From a virus, in IMG/VR virus record IMGVR_UViG_3300027902_000155, positions 25,553 through 89,552 of that record: a stretch of 64,000 bases of DNA; one strand, written 5' to 3'. Of the stretch, positions 58,301 to 64,000 are shown piece by piece. Below the pieces are notes generated by a model. It was not told where the DNA came from. It did not search any database and worked only from the letters and a program-made list of their open reading frames with translations. A program made the translations under genes and the position numbers. Numbering within the stretch: position 1 is the stretch's first letter; each line of letters starts with the position of its first letter.

Positions 58301-61300
58301 GCTTGAATTTTTTTGACTCAGGTTATGGATATTTAAGCACTTCTAGCGCCGTTATTGCTCCACTGGCAGGGGCTCTTGGACTCAATCGTTACTCCAAGAC
58401 AGCAACTGCACCTGCCAATACCGCTTACGTTCAACCGCTGATAATTTTTATCACTACAAACGGTGTTGCTGTGGACATCACTCTCCGTATCGGCTGGCCG
58501 CAGATGGAACTCGGCGCGTTCGCCACCTCGCCAATCCGAACGACGAACGCAGCGGCGACGAGAAATGCGGATGTGGTGTCGATCGCTAGTACTGCCGCAA
58601 CACTGTTGCAGACCCTGACATTCTCTGGTTTAGTCGTTGGTTCTGGCACTGCGGCAGTTCAAACTACGAATTCGACGCCGACTTACGTCCTCCTTGACCT
58701 CGACGGCTATAACAACAACACACCCGCGTACATCCACGAGAACAATCCTAGCTATATGTTTACTTATGCCACTAGCGGGCCAGCTTTGCAGGTGCCTTAC
58801 GGATCGGGAGACATGGACGCGCTCACTAGGGTCGCTTTTGGATACAGTGGGTCAGGCCGGTCGATAGTCGTCAACGACAGTTTGGTGACTACCGATGCAA
58901 AGCCACTCAGTGCAGCTACCGATACTCAACTGGGATCGGGAGGGGGCGCGCACCAGTACGGCGGCTACTTCCAACGCCTCGCCCTCTGGAGCACCCGACT
59001 TCCCAACGTAGCGCTGAAGGCGCTGACTGCCGACCCGCCTCCTCCGGCCATAGTCGACCTGGACCTGGCAGGCGGCCTAGTCAGGGCCGGAGTACCCGCC
59101 AGCTCGTTCACTGACTACCTGACTTGCTCCAACGCCTCCGGCGGCTACGTCACGAACGCTGACGGCACGCTGACGAACGTCGCGCCCAATACGTTGCGGA
59201 TCGGCACAGGTACTGGATTGTTGGTGGAGGAAAGTAGGACGAACGGAATACGCAATAATTCGATGCAGGGTGCGTCGGCTGGAACGCCCGGGGTTCTACC
59301 AACAAATTGGTTTTCATTGAATGACTGGAATACTAACGGAATTGCTAATGATGTTATTGGCGTTGGCGTCGAAGATGGCATCGACTACATAGACATTCGC
59401 TGGCACGGTACGGGTGGCGCTAGTTTTTCAACGGCGTCGGATATTGGGTTTGATTATCCGGCGGCCACTGTGGGGCAAACATGGTCGCATTCTGTGTATT
59501 GCCGGATGGTTGGGGGAAGTCTAACAAATATCTCAAATATAGCTATTGGGATTGTTGAAGCAAATTCTGGATTTTCTTTTTTAGCGGAGCCCGTTGACAC
59601 ACAGTTTACACCCACAAGCTCTCCGCTTAGAACACAGAGGATCACTCAAACTGGGACGACTACGCAGGCAACAACCGCAATGGTTGAAGGGGCGCTAGGC
59701 GTTCACTGTCCTATTGGGGTACCCATAGATATTACTCTGAGGATCGGTTGGCCCCAGTTGGAATTAGGAAACGGCGCAACATCCCCGATTAGAACCACAT
59801 CGGGTACCGCCGCACGCTCGGCTGATAATATCTCGGGTATTGGAAACCTTTTGTCTGCGCTAAATGGTGGCGCGGCGACGGTTGCAATAAAATGGAAACA
59901 ATCGAATGCTGACGCCGTATATTCCGCCCTTAACTGCTTATGGGCCGCGCGCACCGATGACAATAATCGCATTATTCCGCTCTATCTCGATACCGCCGGC
60001 AGCATCAGCCAGCGCATAACAACTAGCGGAAGTTTACAGGCAATTAGTGTGGGAACGGCGGCTATCGGCACGAATAAACTAGTTTCGGCGTGGAATGCCG
60101 CTGGTCAGGCGGCATCACTGAATGGCGCTAGTGTAATAACTGGCGCTATACCAGCGGGCGGCATTCCCGCAGTCAGCAATGTTGATGTTGGATGCTATCT
60201 GACGTTTGGCGGGGCAAATTATCTAAATGATTACATTCAGCGCCTCGCCATCTGGAACACCCGCCTTTCTGACCTACAGCTGCAAGATCTGACCGCCTCG
60301 GCCGTCATCGACCTCGACATGTCGAGCATCCCCGTGAGCGTCAAGGGAGGAACGCTGACGAGCAGCCTGTCCAACAGCAACGCCTCCGGCGGCTACGTCA
60401 CCAACGCTGACGGCACGCTGACGTGGGTTGGAGCGAACACGCTGCGCGTTGGAAATGGTACTGGCCTGCTGGTGGAGGAGAGCAGTATAAATTACTCAAC
60501 TGATTCTCAAAATGGGTTTAATAATGCTACATATTGGGTTCTAGAAAATCTTGGTACAACAACAGATGGAGCAATAACCGCTCCAGACGGCACGACTACC
60601 GCAACGCTAATAACAGATAATACCACAAATGGCCCTCATGATGTTAATAAATACGATAGTTTAAATACTGGAGTAGGAAATACCACAACATTATCGGTAT
60701 ATCTTAAAAAAGGAACGGCTAATTATGCCTGTGTAACTGATTTCGGGCCGGGCGGTGGGGCTTATTGTTATTCTGTTGTGTTTGATCTTAATTTGGGCGT
60801 GACAGGTGAAACAAAAGTAGGTGCATCTGCCACTCTTACAAGCTATTCAATTATTGCGTTGGCAAATGGCTGGTACAGATGCTCAATTACCGGAGTTAAT
60901 TCTCATCCTAGTGATGGCCGTCATTGGCCATGCATTGGTTTTGCGGCAGCAGCTAGTGGAAATGTATTTAATTCCCTTCAACAACCTACTTATGTTGGCT
61001 CTGGGAACACCATTTATATCTGGGGAGTCCAGCATGAACAGCGCAATTTTACCACTTCTTATATCCCCACCACCAGCACGGCGGCGACGCGGAATGCGGA
61101 TGTAGTTAGTGCCTCGGGCACCCTATTGACGCTGCTTAAAGGTTCCAGTACAGGACCTCTTAGTGTTTATATACAGGCACTTCGTTATGCGACTCAATCT
61201 GCTGATGGCACACTTATAATGAGTCCTACTACTGGGGCAATTACTTTAGGTGATCAAGATGGTGGCTCTTTATCTGAAGGCTTAAATTCTGTAAGTTATC

Positions 61301-61554
61301 TTGCTCAAACAACAAATTTGACCCAAGGGATAACACAGAAAATCTCAGCAGCGTTCATGGTAAACAGTAATGCTGTTGTTCTGAATGGAGGTACCGTAGC
61401 CACTAATTCAAATGCAACTACTCCGATTGCCGGGACTGCTTATTATATCGGCATCAGCAACTCTGGTTCCGCCGCATTTAATGGATACGTCGCTCGTCTC
61501 GCCATCTGGAACCTGCGCCTCTCTAACGCCAAGCTCCAGGCCCTTACCGCATAA
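55309..61554 (+). CDS. very large modular fibre/spike protein, five repeated units
   Basis: five copies each of ASGGYVxNADGT..GLLVEE, QLELG.FATS..PT..A.RNAD and YIQRLA.W..RL. Confidence 0.85.
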   Translation: MSSIAQTLLAEASSIAIDLNFANQKYYPSGAIDNSISSPAVDLDLSNNTVRYGGGSLSTYLSNSCASGGYVTNADGTLTWAAADTLRIGDGTGLLVEESRINILYPSVPDHAGTWTEQRGAVAVNSTTAPDGTSTASKFTEDSTASNNHYIQRSLITITANTTYTASCFIKAGTGTARRYTRLSVWDDNTGNNVFWAELDLQTGTISSTGTHGTGTYTSSSVTALANGWYYLTVTGKVDASSTSADFCLFLVDVSGSVSYSGDGTGSQYWWGAQLELGSFATSYVPTTTASATRNADVVTASGTLASSLNGASAASLFVQTNGMSIISNSDIPVVLWRDHNYLFGTNGYSSPSTAMILTGTANIGTHIGSGTFAGTTRWVLGYDGTTASLVGNNGTVGSDAYTISNLSGTIQFGGFYTNTNQMIGGYIQRIAVWSTRLSDTLLQYLSSKEMTAGDLWNSNASGGYVQNADGTMTLVPANTLRIGSGKGLLVEESRTNSITNNSMQGVVLPAVDLDLNNNTVRVGGGSLSDYLSNSNASGGYVTNADGTLTWVGANTLRVGTGTGLLVEEGRTNLYIRSQDYTATGTWTVANGTLTNSYAAPDGTSTAFKLLEGTGYHNWTITPAVGMGVSASTTYTSSAYVKALNGRRWVIFQINNQDTSAALCVWYDLTNGAVGTIGDLIAGFTNKSATITSLANGWYRITVTYTTTSGTTAIGHFHADDAADNGDRFATGDGTKGYYLWGDQLELGAFATSYIPTVASPAARNADAVTATGALNTNLALTTASIFAQTYGIVDPSSTYPRIIDWNSQFWWYLYHGGSYQNVTSDGTTDNAATFGSGTWADVARHAISFSGTSFSGASNNGSVATNTISGSYRSGTAQIGGNAGGNRILNGYIQRLAVWSSRLTDTQLQYLSYHGGVLPNIWSSYDPDGLTLDVIGAGTEDGIDYIDVQVSGIGGSVGVTTIVFDTIAAAPGDIWTESFFLTKLAGSTSGFANFQIGLNFFDSGYGYLSTSSAVIAPLAGALGLNRYSKTATAPANTAYVQPLIIFITTNGVAVDITLRIGWPQMELGAFATSPIRTTNAAATRNADVVSIASTAATLLQTLTFSGLVVGSGTAAVQTTNSTPTYVLLDLDGYNNNTPAYIHENNPSYMFTYATSGPALQVPYGSGDMDALTRVAFGYSGSGRSIVVNDSLVTTDAKPLSAATDTQLGSGGGAHQYGGYFQRLALWSTRLPNVALKALTADPPPPAIVDLDLAGGLVRAGVPASSFTDYLTCSNASGGYVTNADGTLTNVAPNTLRIGTGTGLLVEESRTNGIRNNSMQGASAGTPGVLPTNWFSLNDWNTNGIANDVIGVGVEDGIDYIDIRWHGTGGASFSTASDIGFDYPAATVGQTWSHSVYCRMVGGSLTNISNIAIGIVEANSGFSFLAEPVDTQFTPTSSPLRTQRITQTGTTTQATTAMVEGALGVHCPIGVPIDITLRIGWPQLELGNGATSPIRTTSGTAARSADNISGIGNLLSALNGGAATVAIKWKQSNADAVYSALNCLWAARTDDNNRIIPLYLDTAGSISQRITTSGSLQAISVGTAAIGTNKLVSAWNAAGQAASLNGASVITGAIPAGGIPAVSNVDVGCYLTFGGANYLNDYIQRLAIWNTRLSDLQLQDLTASAVIDLDMSSIPVSVKGGTLTSSLSNSNASGGYVTNADGTLTWVGANTLRVGNGTGLLVEESSINYSTDSQNGFNNATYWVLENLGTTTDGAITAPDGTTTATLITDNTTNGPHDVNKYDSLNTGVGNTTTLSVYLKKGTANYACVTDFGPGGGAYCYSVVFDLNLGVTGETKVGASATLTSYSIIALANGWYRCSITGVNSHPSDGRHWPCIGFAAAASGNVFNSLQQPTYVGSGNTIYIWGVQHEQRNFTTSYIPTTSTAATRNADVVSASGTLLTLLKGSSTGPLSVYIQALRYATQSADGTLIMSPTTGAITLGDQDGGSLSEGLNSVSYLAQTTNLTQGITQKISAAFMVNSNAVVLNGGTVATNSNATTPIAGTAYYIGISNSGSAAFNGYVARLAIWNLRLSNAKLQALTA

Positions 61555-61557
61555 ATA
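61550..61557 (+). promoter_or_regulatory. T4-type late promoter overlapping stop codon
   Basis: CATAAATA. Confidence 0.65.
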
Positions 61558-61579
61558 CTCAATCTACGGAGGTTTACTG

Positions 61580-62194
61580 ATGTACGACCACTTGATAAAG
61601 TTCGACACCGAGGCCCACGCCATCGCCGATCCGGTGATCGGTAAGTACTACGTTCCCCCGCGCACCGGACGGGCTGGCGAACCCGATTTTCCGGGGGGCT
61701 GGCGCGCTGACGTCTGCTTCAAGACCCAGGTCTATACCGTGACCGGCCAAGAGACGGTGACCGTTCCTGACCACTCTGGGGGCACGCAGACCGTCGTGCG
61801 AGACGTCCGGGCCTACTCCACCGACTTCTATGTCTGGATCTCGACGACTACGGACGACCAGGACATGGCGAACGTCCCGGCGTGCATCCTCACTCGCAAC
61901 CGCGACGCCGCTGTAGGCACCGACCCGTTCGTCACTAAGAGTCTGGTGCAGCTCGCGGACCTCCCGGCCATGCGGATCGAGCCGGTGATCGCCGGATCGG
62001 CGTACCCCCATACCGAAGACGACTGGGCGAACGTTCCCTCGGACGCCGTAGTGACCGAGGCCGTGCTGGCTGCTGATACTTTTTCTGCCAAGCCGCTGTT
62101 GGAGGCCGTAGCCCTTCCGCCAGATACTGTGCTAAGGACTGTGAGCATGGGACTGGCTAAGTCGCTGGGGGGCGGCAAGCTGATCAAGGCTTGA
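61580..62194 (+). CDS. hypothetical fibre-associated protein
   Basis: GGAGG RBS, ATG 61580 (MYDHLIKFDTEAHA), phage codon bias. Confidence 0.7.
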   Translation: MYDHLIKFDTEAHAIADPVIGKYYVPPRTGRAGEPDFPGGWRADVCFKTQVYTVTGQETVTVPDHSGGTQTVVRDVRAYSTDFYVWISTTTDDQDMANVPACILTRNRDAAVGTDPFVTKSLVQLADLPAMRIEPVIAGSAYPHTEDDWANVPSDAVVTEAVLAADTFSAKPLLEAVALPPDTVLRTVSMGLAKSLGGGKLIKA

Positions 62195-62202
62195 TGGACG
62201 GG

Positions 62203-62210
62203 GATAAATA
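62203..62210 (+). promoter_or_regulatory. T4-type late promoter within palindrome
   Basis: GATAAATA inside GGGATA-AA-TATCCC. Confidence 0.6.
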
Positions 62211-62236
62211 TCCCTGACGCGACGTAAGGGCAAACA

Positions 62237-63301
62237 GTGACTCTACTCTCTACCAAACTAACGACGGTCGGCGCTACCGGATATACTGGCTACTCCGGTT
62301 ATACTGGCTATACTGGTCTTGGTAACTTTACCGGCACTACCGGCTATACCGGCTACACGGGCCGGACGGGCTATACTGGCTACACCGGCTACACCGGCGC
62401 GGGTGCGTACACCGGTACTACGGGATACACTGGTCAAACTGGCTATACCGGCTACACTGGCACCGGCGCAACCGGCTACACTGGCACCACCGGCGCGACA
62501 GGCTATACCGGCTACACGGGCTACACGGGCTACACGGGCTACACGGGCGCGGGCGCCTTCACCGGCGCTACCGGCTATACTGGACAACAGGGTGCAGCTA
62601 CCGGCTACACCGGCTACACTGGTCCGAGTACGGCACTGCTTAACCTGCTCCGCGTCTATACTACTACTGGAAACTCGTGGTCGAAGGGCAGCATCCAGTA
62701 TATCATCGTCGAGTGCGTCGGAGGCGGCGGAGGCGGAGCTGGAAGCACAGCGGGAACTGCCTCTGGATCTGGCGGCGGAGGAGGCGGCTACTGTCGCAAA
62801 AGAATTGCTGCTGCTTCCTTGGGCGCTACCGAGACAGTCACCCTCGGAACCGGAGGCGCTGCCGGTGTCTCGGGCACTGCAGGAGGAGCGGGCGGAACGA
62901 CCAGCTTTGGCACGACCGCGTTCTGTACCGCATGCGGCGGCACCAACGGAGTGACCGGCGGCGCACTGGCACCGGTAGCCGGCGGCGTCGGCGGACTCGC
63001 TACCTCGGGCGACATAAATATCCAAGGAGAGGCAGGGTGGGGTGCCGGTTCTACCAGTACCGCTGTCTCGGGTGGCGCAGCGGGTTCGTCCATAGCAGGC
63101 GCCGGAGGAAACTCAGTACTTGGCTTCGGTGGCATCTCTGCTCTAAAGGGCGCGACCGGCGCGCCTCCGGCCGGCATGACGACGAACAAAGATGGTCAAC
63201 TCTACGGCGGCGGCGGAGCGGGCGGAGCGGGCGTCTCTGGTACCTCGGCATGCGGCGGAGTCGGTAGGGGCGGAGTCGTGATAGTCTGGGAGTACATCTA
63301 G
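62237..63301 (+). CDS. second GYT collagen-like protein with glycine-rich C-terminal domain
   Basis: GYT triplets about 62270-62625; [12 protein letters not shown]...GVVIVWEY. Confidence 0.85.
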   Translation: MTLLSTKLTTVGATGYTGYSGYTGYTGLGNFTGTTGYTGYTGRTGYTGYTGYTGAGAYTGTTGYTGQTGYTGYTGTGATGYTGTTGATGYTGYTGYTGYTGYTGAGAFTGATGYTGQQGAATGYTGYTGPSTALLNLLRVYTTTGNSWSKGSIQYIIVECVGGGGGGAGSTAGTASGSGGGGGGYCRKRIAAASLGATETVTLGTGGAAGVSGTAGGAGGTTSFGTTAFCTACGGTNGVTGGALAPVAGGVGGLATSGDINIQGEAGWGAGSTSTAVSGGAAGSSIAGAGGNSVLGFGGISALKGATGAPPAGMTTNKDGQLYGGGGAGGAGVSGTSACGGVGRGGVVIVWEYI

Positions 63302-63303
63302 AC

Positions 63304-63756
63304 ATGAAGAAGGCAAAGGTGAGCAACGGAGTCATTCATCATGTCTGGCCGTGGGTAAAGATCCTTCCAGACGGAACTAGGGTCACGAAGGAGCTCCCTC
63401 CGCACTACAGGGGACGCGATCACCTAGCAGAGGGATGCGACCACCAGTTCAGCGAGGAAGACCGACACTGCGTCAAGTGCGGCGGTCACCTGCACGGAGG
63501 AAAGTCGCCTCCCGACTGTCTGATCGACGTTCCTGATGACGTACAGCCCGGTTGGGTGTGGGACGAGGCACAGAAGAAGTACGCGCCTATAGTCAAGAAG
63601 CCTATCCCAGAAGCTAAGATCCACAGTGACTTGCTCCAGGTCGTCTCAGAAAAACTTGGAATCCCGTACGACGACCTGTGGAAAGAAGTCATGGACCGTA
63701 AGAGGACTAGAAAAGCTAACAAAGCTAAGACGAAGGCGCCTAAGAAATCAGTATAG
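63304..63756 (+). CDS. hypothetical protein (CxH..CxxC, VQPGWVWD)
   Basis: follows fibre gene; IDVPDDVQPGWVWD resembles fibre-chaperone-type motifs. Confidence 0.6.
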   Translation: MKKAKVSNGVIHHVWPWVKILPDGTRVTKELPPHYRGRDHLAEGCDHQFSEEDRHCVKCGGHLHGGKSPPDCLIDVPDDVQPGWVWDEAQKKYAPIVKKPIPEAKIHSDLLQVVSEKLGIPYDDLWKEVMDRKRTRKANKAKTKAPKKSV

Positions 63757-63780
63757 TGACTCAGTGAGTGAGGTTTGGAT

Positions 63781-64000
63781 ATGATGCTGCTGCCGAGAAA
63801 GATCGACACCGTGACCTTCGTTGGTCTGGGCGCGTCGTGCTACGACTGGGTGCACGCGACCTATAAGGACTTTGAGGACCAGGGAGAGGTTTGGACGATC
63901 AACGCCGGTGCTAAGTTATTCCGACACGACCTCGTGTGGGACATGCACACTCCAGAGTGGCTGGCAGAGAAGAAAAAAGACTTTCAGCCCGCCATCGATC
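63781..64000 (+). CDS. partial ORF, Rossmann-like (possible sugar-transferase-related)
   Basis: GAGG RBS; VTFVGLGAS...EVWTIN...HDLVWDMH; runs off window end. Confidence 0.45.
   Translation, partial: MMLLPRKIDTVTFVGLGASCYDWVHATYKDFEDQGEVWTINAGAKLFRHDLVWDMHTPEWLAEKKKDFQPAID

Noticed and set aside
55309-61554. Diversity-generating retroelement or invertible shufflon acting on the fibre
   Set aside because: No reverse transcriptase or invertase in the window, no adenine-specific TR/VR pair seen, and repeats are direct rather than inverted.

Overview
A 64-kb segment of a large T4-like myophage genome. The two-piece tmRNA with an ANDN-type tag points to an alphaproteobacterial host. 1-11.9 kb (+) is an early/accessory and replication region. 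It holds repeated sigma70-type promoter/stem-loop cassettes, a helicase plus two-methyltransferase R-M-like cassette and an HNH endonuclease. It also holds a circularly permuted tmRNA, an unassigned highly structured ~210-nt RNA candidate, an ArfA-like peptide, a Pth2-like protein, gp33, gp59 and gp32. 11.9-20.3 kb (-) carries two paralogous tape-measure-like muralytic proteins, a holin-like gene, gp26/gp51 (probably joined by a -1 frameshift), gp54, gp2 and gp4. 20.4-40 kb (+) is the baseplate module: gp48, gp53, hub, split gp5, gp25, gp6, gp7, gp8 and a very large VrlC-like protein. 40-64 kb (+) is a late-expressed fibre and modification region. It has two radical SAM enzymes, a U32-like protein, four glycosyltransferase genes, Gly-Tyr-Thr collagen-like fibres and a 2081-aa modular fibre with a nested repeat unit. 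The best candidates for undescribed biology are a phage ribosome-rescue set (tmRNA, Pth2-like, ArfA-like) with the adjacent structured RNA, and a phage-encoded glycosylation locus for Thr/Tyr-rich collagen fibres. All calls come from motif recognition by eye; no database searches or folding programs were run.
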